The notes: generated by a model from the sequence alone, not told the origin. Positions 18,754 to 29,521 are shown, counted from the first letter of the stretch. The stretch: 64,000 bases of DNA from Candidatus Thorarchaeota archaeon (GCA_046482545.1 JAWOEX010000039.1:64001-128000); one strand, 5' to 3'. Program-made: numbers and translations.

Positions 18754-20520
18754 ATGGAATGGGACCTTTCTCCAATGGTTAAGGGCAAAAACCCTTCAGA
18801 AATCAAGGAAATGCTGCACAAGACTGCGGAAGAAGTGGAAACGGCAACGAGAGAATACGCTGCCAAACTTGATGATTATTCTGCTAACGAGCTGGCTGAT
18901 GCGCTTGAAGAGCTTGAGGACTTGATTGTTCAATCATCAGATCTTCGCAATTACTGCTCGATGCGCTACAGAGCCAATACCAAAGACAAGGATTCGGGGA
19001 TGCTATATAATGTCTCCCAGAATGTGGGCAGCCGCATCAGTGCCGCTAGAACGGTGTTCGAAATAAAACTTGGTAAGCTGCTTGAGAAAGAACCTGACCT
19101 GCTTGGGGACGAGGACCTAATCAACTACGGACACTATCTAGAAAAACTCAAACGCCGTGCACCGTATCGCCTGTCAGAACCGGAGGAAAGACTCGCCTCC
19201 ATGAAAGATGTCAATGGCATCGAGACTCTTGAGCAACTGCAACAATCCTGGGTTTCAGCCAAGACATTCGACATGATGCTGGAGGGGGAAACCAAGACCG
19301 TAACGCTTCCCGAACTCAGCTCGATGCGAATGAGTCCGGACAGAGATATCCGCAAGATGGCAACGGAGAAGCTCTACAAGAGCTATGCTGATAATGAAAT
19401 GATTCACGGTATGGCTCTCAGGGCAATTTGTGCGGACCATATGAAGATGACCAAGCACAGAGGTATGCCTTCATCCATGACTCAAAGCCTGTTGGATCAA
19501 GATGTAGACCAAAACACAGTTGATACCCTCTTGTCGACTATTGAGAGCACAGCTGGAGGATTTCAGAACTTTCTCAGAATGAAAGCGAAAGCCATGGGAG
19601 TTAAGAAACTTCCCGGCTACGATGTTATTGCTCCCTGGGTAACCGAGCCTGTCTGGACCTTTGACTGGCCAAAGGCGAAATCTACGGTAATTGATTCATT
19701 CGAGTCCTTTGATGACGAGCTTGGTTCGGTTGTACGAAGCATGTTCGAAGACAGACGCATTGACTCTGAAAATCGAGTAGGTAAGATGAACACGGCTTTC
19801 TGTTCGTCATGGCCAAGTGTAAGTAAGAGCTTTGTTTTTCTGAACTATAGCAAAACATTGAATGATATCTATACGCTCGCCCACGAAAATGGGCATGCAG
19901 CTCAAGGTCATCTAATCTACGAGAGTCAGACACCCGTCAACTACAGTATGTCGATGTGCATGGCTGAGACGGGGAGTATCTTCGGGGAATTGCTTCTGAC
20001 TGAGAGAATCCTTTCGATGGCCGATACTGAGAAAGAGCGTTACGAGATTCTGTCTCATGTGCTGAACTCCTATTACTATACCGTGTACTATGTCGGTGTT
20101 AGAGCATTCTTCGAGAAGAGCCTCTATAATGCGATAGACAACGGGGAAGTCATCGATGCGGACCTTGCCTGTGAGCTATGGAATGAAGCAAAAGAACGGA
20201 TATTCGGCGATGTTGTTGACTGGACGGACTACATGGAATACGAGTGGGCGCGCATACCGCACTTCTTTTTCAGTAACTATCGCTATTACAACTACCCGTA
20301 TAGCTTCGCTCAAATGCTCGTATTTGCTGTCTATGGGGACTATCGCAAAGGAGAGCCAGATTTCAACAGTCGATTTAAGCGACTTCTATCTGCCGGTGGA
20401 AGCAAGAGTCCAAGGCAACAGATTGCTGACTTCGGATATGACCTGACTAAGCCAAAATTCTGGGAACTTGGTTCATCACAGGCAGATAGGCTTCTGAAAG
20501 AGTTAGAGAAAGTTCTCTGA
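18754..20520 (+). CDS. pepF: M3B oligoendopeptidase F
   Basis: WDLS start, TLAHENGHAA zincin motif, AETGSIFGE, WARIPHFF, YNYPYSFA. Confidence 0.93.
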   Translation: MEWDLSPMVKGKNPSEIKEMLHKTAEEVETATREYAAKLDDYSANELADALEELEDLIVQSSDLRNYCSMRYRANTKDKDSGMLYNVSQNVGSRISAARTVFEIKLGKLLEKEPDLLGDEDLINYGHYLEKLKRRAPYRLSEPEERLASMKDVNGIETLEQLQQSWVSAKTFDMMLEGETKTVTLPELSSMRMSPDRDIRKMATEKLYKSYADNEMIHGMALRAICADHMKMTKHRGMPSSMTQSLLDQDVDQNTVDTLLSTIESTAGGFQNFLRMKAKAMGVKKLPGYDVIAPWVTEPVWTFDWPKAKSTVIDSFESFDDELGSVVRSMFEDRRIDSENRVGKMNTAFCSSWPSVSKSFVFLNYSKTLNDIYTLAHENGHAAQGHLIYESQTPVNYSMSMCMAETGSIFGELLLTERILSMADTEKERYEILSHVLNSYYYTVYYVGVRAFFEKSLYNAIDNGEVIDADLACELWNEAKERIFGDVVDWTDYMEYEWARIPHFFFSNYRYYNYPYSFAQMLVFAVYGDYRKGEPDFNSRFKRLLSAGGSKSPRQQIADFGYDLTKPKFWELGSSQADRLLKELEKVL

Positions 20521-20942
20521 CGTACACTGACCCAAGTATCAGCGATTACTTGTGAATTCGCATATCAAATCCGTTTCCCACTCTGGCATTAGACCTTCAT
20601 ATGGTGACTCAAGTCAATCCATCACTCTGAACCGGTCATTCTTCTGCCCCCTTCAAGACCGAATTCGCAATAGGAGTATATGGTCTCTCTTGCAATGATA
20701 GCTGTTTGGTATACAAGACCATATCGTGCTTGAGCTAGTCCAGCTGCCAAGTGAGGGCAGAAGTTGCGTAATCCATTAACTCAGGAGTTAGCTGTGCGAA
20801 TAATTTCATCTCGATGACGAAGGTTGGATTTGTTCAGAATATGGCCTCTGGCCTCTTTTACTTCGGAAATTGTTACGGAACTGTAAGTTTAAGTCATGAA
20901 TCATGTATTAATAGAACCGAAAGGAAGCGAATCAAAATAACT

Positions 20943-21734
20943 ATGCACGAGAAGTACAGGAAGTACGGAGAAGAATTACTAGCGAGATTGAAGTTGCGAA
21001 CCTACCCTTTGGCATTGAAACTGATGAAAACTGAAAGCGAAATCCCTTCTGGTGCTCACAGACCTTTAAGAGATTCGGGCCACCATTTATCTCTCTGCCA
21101 AGCTTTCCAGAAATCACGGCGTGAGGGGATGGAGGTTGCAATGTTAAAAGAAGACATGTGGTGTTTTGAACCGGTAGTAGGATACGGACTAGGGGAGCCC
21201 CCAGAATACTTCATGGATGGTAATAACCGATATCCGGTTGATGTTGAGACACAAGAGGCGGGCCGCCATTATGCGGAACAGTTTCCGCGTTTCGAAGTCG
21301 GTGAGTACGTGGGTATAGTTTCAGCCCCACTGAAGTCAGCGAGCTTTCAGCCTGACCTCGTCATGATCTATTGTGATTCTGAGCAGCTGAATCTTCTACT
21401 TCTTGCCAGAGAATACAAGGACGGCTACAATCTACCGTGTGCTTTGTCCAGTCACGCTGCCTGTGTTTATGCTGTAGTGCCGGTAATCAAGAATGGAAAA
21501 TCTCAAGTTGCCGTGCCCTGCCGAGGCGACCGATGGATGGCCTCAGCCGAGTCAGAAGAGATGATATTCTCGGTCCCCTTTGAAAAGTTGGATGACCTAA
21601 TGGAAGGTCTCAGGCACGTTAACAAGACCGATTCAACAATTCCACATGGACGCAAAGTTGAGCCGGAATATGAAATGGAAGATAGTTATCGAAAAATAGC
21701 AGAGATGATGGGGTATATAGATGAAGAGGAATAA
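20943..21734 (+). CDS. DUF169-family protein
   Basis: LKLRTYPLALK, SLCQ, PDLVMIYC, AAC, VPCRGDR. Start at MHEKY. Confidence 0.85.
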   Translation: MHEKYRKYGEELLARLKLRTYPLALKLMKTESEIPSGAHRPLRDSGHHLSLCQAFQKSRREGMEVAMLKEDMWCFEPVVGYGLGEPPEYFMDGNNRYPVDVETQEAGRHYAEQFPRFEVGEYVGIVSAPLKSASFQPDLVMIYCDSEQLNLLLLAREYKDGYNLPCALSSHAACVYAVVPVIKNGKSQVAVPCRGDRWMASAESEEMIFSVPFEKLDDLMEGLRHVNKTDSTIPHGRKVEPEYEMEDSYRKIAEMMGYIDEEE

Positions 21735-21778
21735 ATCATTCCAAACTGTATCGCATCTAGCCAGAAGGTAAGTGCTAA

Positions 21779-22372
21779 ATGAAAGAAGAGCGAAAACAAG
21801 AGTTGTTGGAAACAGCGTATGAAAAAGGAAGACAATATGAAGCAACAGCAACAGATTGTTGCCAATCTACGATAGCTGCTATTCAGGACACGCTTGGGTG
21901 CAAGAATGATGCTGTACTGAGAGCGGGTAGTGCCTTCGCGGGGGGAGTAGGATTGTCGGGCTTCGGCAGTTGCGGCGCTTTGACAGGCGCAGTAATGGTC
22001 ATCGGGCAACTATGCGGGAGAACTAGAGAGGAGTTTGTTGACGACGCAGACAGAGAAATCAACGATCCTGACTTTGATTACGTAACCGCCACGAAAGGCT
22101 GGGACTATGCCTACGAAATGGTTGAGAGATTCATTATTCACTACGGAAGCACCATATGCCGAGAGGTAGCGGCTAAAGCCGGTACATGGTCTGAAGGTGA
22201 GGAACACATACGGCTTCGAAGCCCTGCCCGGTCTCTACTGAAGAAGAAGAGAGAAGAGTCAGACCTTCTCTTCCCTCATGAATTAGATGGATGTCCAAAA
22301 GTTGTTGGTACTGCCGCTAAGTGGGCCACGGAAATCATACTGAGAGAACGGCTTTATGAGCCAGACGAGTGA
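21779..22372 (+). CDS. C_GCAxxG_C_C family putative redox protein
   Basis: CCQS, FAGGVG, CGALTG, GSTICRE, CPKVV. Confidence 0.88.
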   Translation: MKEERKQELLETAYEKGRQYEATATDCCQSTIAAIQDTLGCKNDAVLRAGSAFAGGVGLSGFGSCGALTGAVMVIGQLCGRTREEFVDDADREINDPDFDYVTATKGWDYAYEMVERFIIHYGSTICREVAAKAGTWSEGEEHIRLRSPARSLLKKKREESDLLFPHELDGCPKVVGTAAKWATEIILRERLYEPDE

Positions 22373-22465
22373 ATTGCACCAGTACATCTTGTCATCATGC
22401 CGAAAAATGTCCCCCGTAACTTAGCCCTATCTTTTTATTGAGGTATGAAGGATATTTGATGTCAT

Positions 22466-23131
22466 GTGTGCTGGCATGGAGAGGAAACAGCATTGAGGGA
22501 CGAGACGAATAACCCACCTGTATCCCAAAATGCAAGCAAAGAAACCAGCAATATAATCAAGTACTTTCTACACGGTATCCCTCTGGCCTTTGTTTCGCTT
22601 ATTTTTATGTATATACTGAGATTCTCATTAGCTGCAGCATCATACGATGTTATCTTAGAAGTCATTGGGCTTTTGTTGATAATAGGGGGAACATATCTCG
22701 TTATCATCGGTGGAGTGAACAGCATTGCTACCAACATGTTATGGAAAATAAGGATAAAAGCTAGCATTCTCAGCTTCTTGGGACAAGGATGCCTCTTCAC
22801 AATAATACTGTTTTTCGTGAACCCCTTTTTGTACATCATTATCTTCACTTTCGCAGCCACTCTCATCTTGGAGGTAGTATTGCTATCTTTCACCTTTGTA
22901 ATCTTAGCTCTGGTCTTGGGTTACATAGGACGCAATGTTGCGTCTGAATTCGTTGGTGACCGTTATGAATCGGACGAGCTCGCATCAGTTCATGATAGAC
23001 AAGTAGTGTGTCCACACTGCGGGGCTCAACAACTCGTTGGCCCCTCCAAGATTGATGCATCCGGAGGTACTCGATGCCCAAAATGCGGCGATTGGTTTCA
23101 AGTAAGAAACTCGGGTCCTTCCATTAGCTAA
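22466..23131 (+). CDS. Multi-pass membrane protein with C-terminal zinc ribbon
   Basis: 4 TM helices; CPHC...CPKC. Confidence 0.8.
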   Translation: MCWHGEETALRDETNNPPVSQNASKETSNIIKYFLHGIPLAFVSLIFMYILRFSLAAASYDVILEVIGLLLIIGGTYLVIIGGVNSIATNMLWKIRIKASILSFLGQGCLFTIILFFVNPFLYIIIFTFAATLILEVVLLSFTFVILALVLGYIGRNVASEFVGDRYESDELASVHDRQVVCPHCGAQQLVGPSKIDASGGTRCPKCGDWFQVRNSGPSIS

Positions 23132-23198
23132 TTTGCTAGAGGATATGAGTAGCACTTATTAAGCTCAAAGAACCTCTTAGTGATTTGGGGAGATTGAT

Positions 23199-23792
23199 TT
23201 GGAAGTCGAACCAAAGGAAGGAAAACGTCATTTCTACAAAGTTGAGCAAAAACTGGTCTCAATGAGGCCAGTCTATGAAATCTATGATGAAGAGACTGGA
23301 GAAAAGGTAGCGGTAGCCAGACAAACTTGGCTTAGCTTCTTACGGTCAACCGTCAATATGAAAGACCCCCAAGACAATGATATTCTCACAGCAAAGGGTG
23401 GTTTCTTTGATAAGACATTTCATCTGTTGGATCCGTCCGGGAACAAGATAGCAAAAATAACTCGACCATGGATAATGTGGAATAAACGGTTCACGATCCA
23501 TTATAGAGACGACGAAATCCACGCAGAAGGTGGAGTCATGGCGTGGGGTTTTGATGCTGCAAGCGAATCAGGTCGCTTTGCCTTCAAGCTTGATAAGAAA
23601 GTCATTTCGGTTCGCGACCAATTTCGTGTTGAAGTTGGCGATTACATGGATTGGAAACACGCAGTTGCGTCGGCCATCGTCGTTGATAGAATATTCTTCA
23701 AAGGGAAAGGTTGCGGTTGTAGGCTACTATTTTGTATAGCAATATTAGCTATAATCTTTGGCTTGATGCTGACCACCTTATTCATGCCTTAA
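23199..23792 (+). CDS. LURP-one/scramblase (Tubby-C-like) family protein with Cys-rich TM tail
   Basis: VEQKLVSMRPVYEIYDE, KKVISVRDQFRVEV, IVVD helix; tail KGCGCRLLFC followed by a TM helix. Confidence 0.8.
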   Translation: MEVEPKEGKRHFYKVEQKLVSMRPVYEIYDEETGEKVAVARQTWLSFLRSTVNMKDPQDNDILTAKGGFFDKTFHLLDPSGNKIAKITRPWIMWNKRFTIHYRDDEIHAEGGVMAWGFDAASESGRFAFKLDKKVISVRDQFRVEVGDYMDWKHAVASAIVVDRIFFKGKGCGCRLLFCIAILAIIFGLMLTTLFMP

Positions 23793-24135
23793 TCAGAAGT
23801 AAAATCGTTGGTTTTGAATATGATTTAGACGAATCATCATTCTGAGAACTTGGGCCTTCTTGGGCAGATATGCTTCTAAATGGCTACAGAAGGACCTCCA
23901 ATAATCTTTTCTTGAAAGAATCCGATAGCCACAGAGAAAGAGGAAATCATTCTTAGGTAGCGGTTCCACCTACAATGTGCCGTCCGACCAGTACTCCATA
24001 ATCATATGTTGAAGTCTTCTAACAGGCAATTAGAGATTCCTAAACGGAGTAAACTACAGATTCAATTTCGACTGAGAAATAATGAAAAAGAGAGAGTATG
24101 ACTCAGCTGAACTAGATGCTCTACTTCTAGCTAGC

Positions 24136-24300
24136 TTAGTCTGATATTTTCTCAAAGTCTGCCTTTGCTGCACCACACATCGGACAGACCCAGTCATCAG
24201 GAAGATCCTCAAACTTTGTTCCGGGTTCAACGCCGCTACCTGGATCGCCCTTCTCTTCGTCATATATCCAACCGCATATCAAACATTCATACTTGGCCAT
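24136..24300 (-). CDS. rub: Rubredoxin (54 aa; absent from ORF track)
   Basis: [54 protein letters not shown]: classic CxxC...CPxC rubredoxin. Confidence 0.97.
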   Translation of the reverse strand: MAKYECLICGWIYDEEKGDPGSGVEPGTKFEDLPDDWVCPMCGAAKADFEKISD

Positions 24301-24404
24301 CTATATCCCACTTAAGGAATTTTCACACCATTCATAGAGTGTACAATAGCAAAAACTGGAATGCCGAATAAAAGTGATTCTCTTTGACAAACTCGAGTTT
24401 GTGC

Positions 24405-24453
24405 AAAAAAAGAAGGCTGGAGACCCACACCGTTTTGGTGTAGGTCAATCAGC
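24405..24453 (-). terminator. Hairpin + U-tract downstream of the large surface protein gene
   Basis: Minus strand GACCUACACC-aaaac-GGUGUGGGUC followed by CUUCUUUUUUU. Confidence 0.6.
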
Positions 24454-24468
24454 ATCCGACATACTAAA

Positions 24469-26931
24469 CTAAGATCTGCGCCTTACCAGTAAGAGGGCAA
24501 CACCTATGACCGCAACGCCTCCAATGCCAGCAGCAACATAGAGTGTGGGAATACCAAAGATTTCGCCTTCAAGCAAGCCGCCTTCCCACCAACCCCCACC
24601 GCCCTCTGGTTCTTCCACCAAGATTTGATAACCTGTAGCTGACATGGTGTAATATGACGCACCATTCCAGTTTTCGGCGTTATCAGGGTCGAAGGTATCC
24701 AGAGTGGTGTTGAAGTAGAAGCATACGGCGGGCATATCAGCATAAAGACCAAGGTCGGTTGGGCTCACGTTGTAGGTTATCGTCCATGTCTCACCAGGAG
24801 CAAGTTCATCTCTGCCCCAATAGAACTCGCGGTCACCATCAAGGCCCGAACTCATACCATCTAGCACTCTAACTCTATATGCGGTGTCAGAACCGTAGTT
24901 GTGGACTGTTATGTTGAAATCCACAGTCGTATTGACAGTCACGGTTCTTTCTGCAGTACCCTTCGTGACAACCAAGTATGGACCGGAGAATTCGATGTTC
25001 TCCGGATCTGCATCAAAAGCCAGCTCCAAAGTGTTTGTGTCGAACTCCAGCGGCTCAAGATATCCGGTTGCATTCAGATTCGCAGAAAATGAGAATCCAA
25101 AGCCCGTCATCAGAGAATTGCCTAGATCGGCCATGAGATACGGTACAATTTCCTCTTGTAGGTTTTCGGGATCCAAGATGTTGTGTATTGCATCTTTAAT
25201 GGCAGTCACATCATCATTCGCCATTGCGTCCCAGAGACTCTGAAGCACGATATCCCAGTGGTCCTCAACGAACTCTGCTATGGTTTCCTTGCTCCTGAAT
25301 TCTGATGGTGTATCTATTCCACCGAAGTCCTGCAAGAAGCTGTTGATGCCATCTATCGTCGTATTCATATGATTTACAAAGGCGTCCGGCTCACCGTAGA
25401 CATCATTATCCACGATATCCAGCAGATTATAGGAGTCGAAGTACTCCAAGAATGCTTCGAGAATAGCAGCAACTGGATTCTCTTCAACCATATCATCGTC
25501 GATTCTATCCACAAGAGCCTCTGGAGTCATTCCTGCCATTTCCATGATTGAGCCTAACAGGTCCACGTTGATATCTTTGAGTGGAGTCTCTCCAATCTCA
25601 GAGCTGAAATTGGTATTCATGAGGGTCTGCCTGAAATCTGGAAGGGCTGTTGTCGAATCCCACACAGCATCAATAATACCATCCAACATGGTTGGATCTA
25701 TAGAAGCAATGCCATCATTAACCTCCAAGGCTAACTGCCTAGGCAGGTTAGTCAGAACCATCTTCACAGCCTCGCTTACCGTACTGTTAGCGGGTATCGT
25801 TATGTTGCCGATATCAAGCTCGTCAGGAATCTCGAATTGGTCATCGATAGTCAGCCATGAATCGGGCACTCCATTGATTGATAGTGATGCAGGTGCTGCT
25901 CCGCCTACTACTGAAACCGAATATGCACTGGCATCCTGCTTCATCTTATTCTCGATAGTTCCTGTGTAGCCAACATGGTCAGGCAATGAATAAGTCTCGT
26001 CTCCAATAGTTGCATCCACATATCCAGGGTGATTGAAGGAAACCTGATTCATGATGCCGGAGTATACAGTCTCCACAAGATCACTATGTGAAGAGTCAGC
26101 TCGATAATATGGACGTTCATAGAAGTCCATCATGTTCAAAACATTGAAACTGGGATGATATCCACCTGAAAGGAAATGAATTGGTGCGTAGACTTCGGTT
26201 GCCACGCTGGTCATCGTAGGCCAGCCCTCAGCACCAACAAGATCCATTAATCCTCCAAGCTGAGATACCCTTTCAAGCATAGATGCCATTGTTGAGTTGC
26301 CCAAGGTGGCATCCATTATACTGACATAGGTTATCTGGTATTCTGTCGCATTGTCTTCAACATTCCAGTCGTATTCGGCCCTTTCTTTGATTTCAGTACC
26401 TACGAGCATGAATTGCTCAAATTCAATTCCGAATCCAGACTCGTACTCTGATGTAAACTCATCAGCTAGGCCAATGGCTTCGCTTTCATTCAAATCCGTG
26501 AATGAAGCTTCACTCCTATTGACAGGAACCTCGAAAATAGGTTTCACGTCGAGTTGGAGCACTGCAGTAGGGCCACCAATGGCACCATTTGGGAATGGTG
26601 TAAGGCCATTGAGATTCAGTGTCGAAAGGGCTACATATCCATCATCGTTTTCCATTTGGCTTTGCACTACACTCTCAAGTGTCTCTACGTGAGAATAACC
26701 ATAGTGTGTTGCATTTTGGAATGACGCAAGCATATTCTGCACACCGCCCCATTGATCCACTTTCGAGACAATAGCCTCTACAGTGGCTAGACCAGCGCTA
26801 GGTTCCAGAGTCTCGGATTCCTCGTGCGGGTTGACAGGAGTTGGCATGCTATCGCTACCGCCGGCAAGTATAGGCGTGACAAGTGTCATCACTAGAAATG
26901 CAGCAAGTAGCAAGTGTTCTCGTCTTCTCAT
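24469..26931 (-). CDS. Large acidic cell-surface (glyco)protein with Ig-like C-terminal domain and TM anchor
   Basis: Signal peptide MRRREHLLLAAF, many NxS/T sequons, ITVHNYGSDTAYRVRVLD Ig/CARDB-like domain, TM + RRRS. Confidence 0.85.
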   Translation of the reverse strand: MRRREHLLLAAFLVMTLVTPILAGGSDSMPTPVNPHEESETLEPSAGLATVEAIVSKVDQWGGVQNMLASFQNATHYGYSHVETLESVVQSQMENDDGYVALSTLNLNGLTPFPNGAIGGPTAVLQLDVKPIFEVPVNRSEASFTDLNESEAIGLADEFTSEYESGFGIEFEQFMLVGTEIKERAEYDWNVEDNATEYQITYVSIMDATLGNSTMASMLERVSQLGGLMDLVGAEGWPTMTSVATEVYAPIHFLSGGYHPSFNVLNMMDFYERPYYRADSSHSDLVETVYSGIMNQVSFNHPGYVDATIGDETYSLPDHVGYTGTIENKMKQDASAYSVSVVGGAAPASLSINGVPDSWLTIDDQFEIPDELDIGNITIPANSTVSEAVKMVLTNLPRQLALEVNDGIASIDPTMLDGIIDAVWDSTTALPDFRQTLMNTNFSSEIGETPLKDINVDLLGSIMEMAGMTPEALVDRIDDDMVEENPVAAILEAFLEYFDSYNLLDIVDNDVYGEPDAFVNHMNTTIDGINSFLQDFGGIDTPSEFRSKETIAEFVEDHWDIVLQSLWDAMANDDVTAIKDAIHNILDPENLQEEIVPYLMADLGNSLMTGFGFSFSANLNATGYLEPLEFDTNTLELAFDADPENIEFSGPYLVVTKGTAERTVTVNTTVDFNITVHNYGSDTAYRVRVLDGMSSGLDGDREFYWGRDELAPGETWTITYNVSPTDLGLYADMPAVCFYFNTTLDTFDPDNAENWNGASYYTMSATGYQILVEEPEGGGGWWEGGLLEGEIFGIPTLYVAAGIGGVAVIGVALLLVRRRS

Positions 26932-27205
26932 TGTATTTCTTTCTCCGTTAAAATAACATTCAGACATACGAAAGCTAAAACTTTCAGTCTACTTGTACAA
27001 TGGTTCGGTTCTTCCCCTTTTCAAGCTTAGTCTGATGTATACTAGAATTTCATAGCTGAATTCTATAATCGGTACAGTACCCTATACGAGGATTAATAGA
27101 GTAAAGCGCGAATAGATGGACCCAAGAATCGACCCAGTCCATGACACAGGTCAACTCGATTGCAGATCAGTCCATTCCAGTTTCCGCTCCGAGGCGTTCA
27201 ATACG

Positions 27206-28507
27206 TCAGACATTTCCAGCTTCTTCTGCCGACCCTTCTGTATTTTCGTCTGCTCTTAATTCCTCATCCATCGTATCTTCTTCAGGAGACTCCTCTTCGA
27301 AACCTGATTCGGTTTCAGTCTCTGGTTTGGATTCTATTTCCTCTTCAGGAGTTACCACCGGAAGGTCCCCAGGTTCTTCAGGTTCTTTCTGTGCCTTGCG
27401 GGCCCTATAGATGAATCGAAGTTCCATTATCAGAGCAACAAGTGGGAATATCAACAGTTTGACAATATCACCTGTAGCTCCTTGAATGCCACCAGCAAGT
27501 TGTGTGAAAGCTGTATCAACAAAGGTATAGCTGCTCGCTAGGAAGAAAGTAAGGGTTGCCGCAGTTTCCTTTGAAACCTTCAATCGGGTATCCAGACCTG
27601 CCCTACTCGCGAGAATTTGGCCTACGGATGACATCGTGTAAAGGGTGAAGAAAACAGTAATTCCTAAGCTCACCCAATCGATGCTAGGATCGAATCCCTT
27701 CAAGACGTTGTAGGTGAAGTAGGTCGAATACAAAGACACGAACATGCTTAGAAGGGCTATATTGACCGCATGAGGCTTATTTCGTTCCCGAGTGATAATC
27801 AGGCCATTCAAGAAATTGAAACCCAGGGCTAATAGCATTCCAAGAATGCCAAAAATCAATGCGCCTGAATAGGGAGGAGCAATGACAGAGGGATTCACGA
27901 AGAGAATGGTGAAAATGAAACCCCCAATTATCACAACATAGTTGAATATGTTAGCTGCTCCGAGTAATACACTACCAAGTTTCGACCTTTCCTCAATGGT
28001 TACTCTCCTGGCGTATTTCAGAGATGTACGACTTGAGAAATACGACTGAAAACCAATCCAACCTATGAAGCCCACACCGATGTAGAGAAGGCTGAATGGC
28101 ATGAATAGTACAGAAGGGAATAGAAACAGCATAACAAACAGCAGGGCTCCGCTTGCAATAATCCAAGGTACGAAGCGTATAACTGAGTCCTTGTATGATT
28201 CGTCACTTACAATGAACCTCTGAAGACCAGCCACCGATACTATCAGCGCAAAAAGGAAGTAGGTCGGGAAAATTCCCCAGGCCAAGGATATAACTAGGCC
28301 AAGTCCACCCAGATATACACCAATTCGCTCCCACAGTGTCATCACTATAATTCCGATGAAGAAGACGATAGTAAACCAGCGAAGTCTAACCGACTCAAGA
28401 AACAATTTGAGCCCGTCTACAAAGCTGGTGATGAGTGGTATCTCTCTTCTCTGTTTCTCTTCCGTTTCGTTCTTTGGTGTCTCCACTATGGATTCCTCCT
28501 CAAGCAC
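27206..28507 (-). CDS. Polytopic membrane protein with acidic C-terminal tail
   Basis: About 10 hydrophobic helices; E/P-rich tail. Confidence 0.8.
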   Translation of the reverse strand: MLEEESIVETPKNETEEKQRREIPLITSFVDGLKLFLESVRLRWFTIVFFIGIIVMTLWERIGVYLGGLGLVISLAWGIFPTYFLFALIVSVAGLQRFIVSDESYKDSVIRFVPWIIASGALLFVMLFLFPSVLFMPFSLLYIGVGFIGWIGFQSYFSSRTSLKYARRVTIEERSKLGSVLLGAANIFNYVVIIGGFIFTILFVNPSVIAPPYSGALIFGILGMLLALGFNFLNGLIITRERNKPHAVNIALLSMFVSLYSTYFTYNVLKGFDPSIDWVSLGITVFFTLYTMSSVGQILASRAGLDTRLKVSKETAATLTFFLASSYTFVDTAFTQLAGGIQGATGDIVKLLIFPLVALIMELRFIYRARKAQKEPEEPGDLPVVTPEEEIESKPETETESGFEEESPEEDTMDEELRADENTEGSAEEAGNV

Positions 28508-28528
28508 ATCTTGTGAATGTAAGTCACC

Positions 28529-28996
28529 CTATTTATGTCTGAGCACATGCAGAATCTCAGCTTCAACAGAATCTTTTACTCGAGGCTTTTCTATGATTGC
28601 TCCTCGCTGATTGCCTTTCTTATCGAAAATCCTTACCCATGGAATTGCGGTCACATTCCATTTCTCGATTTCGGGGGGAGATGGTGGAATCCTCCATTGT
28701 CGGTCTTTGTTGAGAGGATCAGTCTTGATACCACCAAACACTCTCACGTCAAGTCCGACTTCTTCCTCCAACTTGGCCAGTGCTGAAACCATCTCTTTGC
28801 AGTCACCACACCATGCTGCGCTCATAACAACGAATACATAATCATCAGAAATCTCTGCAAGCTTTTTTGTTGCTTCAGGATCAAGTGTACATTCGTTATA
28901 CTTCTCAAGGAACATATCGCCTTGCTTACCTTCCATCTTCTCAATGTACTCTTTCGCCGTGACAGTCCGACTTTTAATATCGTCGAGATCAACCAT
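28529..28996 (-). CDS. Thioredoxin-family protein
   Basis: AAWCGDC active site, cis-Pro TAIP, IIEKP. Confidence 0.88.
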   Translation of the reverse strand: MVDLDDIKSRTVTAKEYIEKMEGKQGDMFLEKYNECTLDPEATKKLAEISDDYVFVVMSAAWCGDCKEMVSALAKLEEEVGLDVRVFGGIKTDPLNKDRQWRIPPSPPEIEKWNVTAIPWVRIFDKKGNQRGAIIEKPRVKDSVEAEILHVLRHK

Positions 28997-29083
28997 ATCG
29001 AATCGGGTGTACGAAGACAGATTTCCCATAAAAGTTGTTGTCATCTGCAATAAAGGCTATTCAGGCTATTGGAATTAGTTCAT

Positions 29084-29521
29084 TTACTTGAAAGGATTCC
29101 TAATCGTAAGAAATTCATATTTTTCAAAGTCTCGGACATTTTCTGTAAGAAGTATTTTTACATGATTCTCCTTCGCAATCGCAGCCAATACACAATCAAA
29201 TAATTCAGCCCCACTGATTCCGTGTTTCCTCACCAGCTCAAACACCAAGCTGGATGTTGTGATTTGAGGTTCAATGATTTCTATTGCGCCACTAATCCAC
29301 AAATCTTGGCAAATATTGGCGGCTTGATCAGTAGTCAGGGGATGGTGCACCCTTCGAATATTGGTAACAACCGAAAAGAATTCGTACAGTATCTGAGAAG
29401 TTATGCAAACCTCTAACTGACCATCAAGCGCTTCATGAAGTACTCCTGCTGCTTTCTCTTGATGTGGAGATGCGTGATTATGAGCGTGGACAAAGATATT
29501 AGTATCAAGCAACGTCTTCAT
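29084..29521 (-). CDS. vapC: PIN-domain toxin (VapC)
   Basis: MKTLLDTNIF, QILYEF, LFDCVLAA, LTENVRDF. Confidence 0.92.
   Translation of the reverse strand: MKTLLDTNIFVHAHNHASPHQEKAAGVLHEALDGQLEVCITSQILYEFFSVVTNIRRVHHPLTTDQAANICQDLWISGAIEIIEPQITTSSLVFELVRKHGISGAELFDCVLAAIAKENHVKILLTENVRDFEKYEFLTIRNPFK

Noticed and set aside
20630-20885. Minus-strand frame with an in-frame TGA (…RTANS*VNGLRNF…) as a selenoprotein
   Set aside because: No start codon, no redox motif and no recognisable family; at most a decayed remnant.
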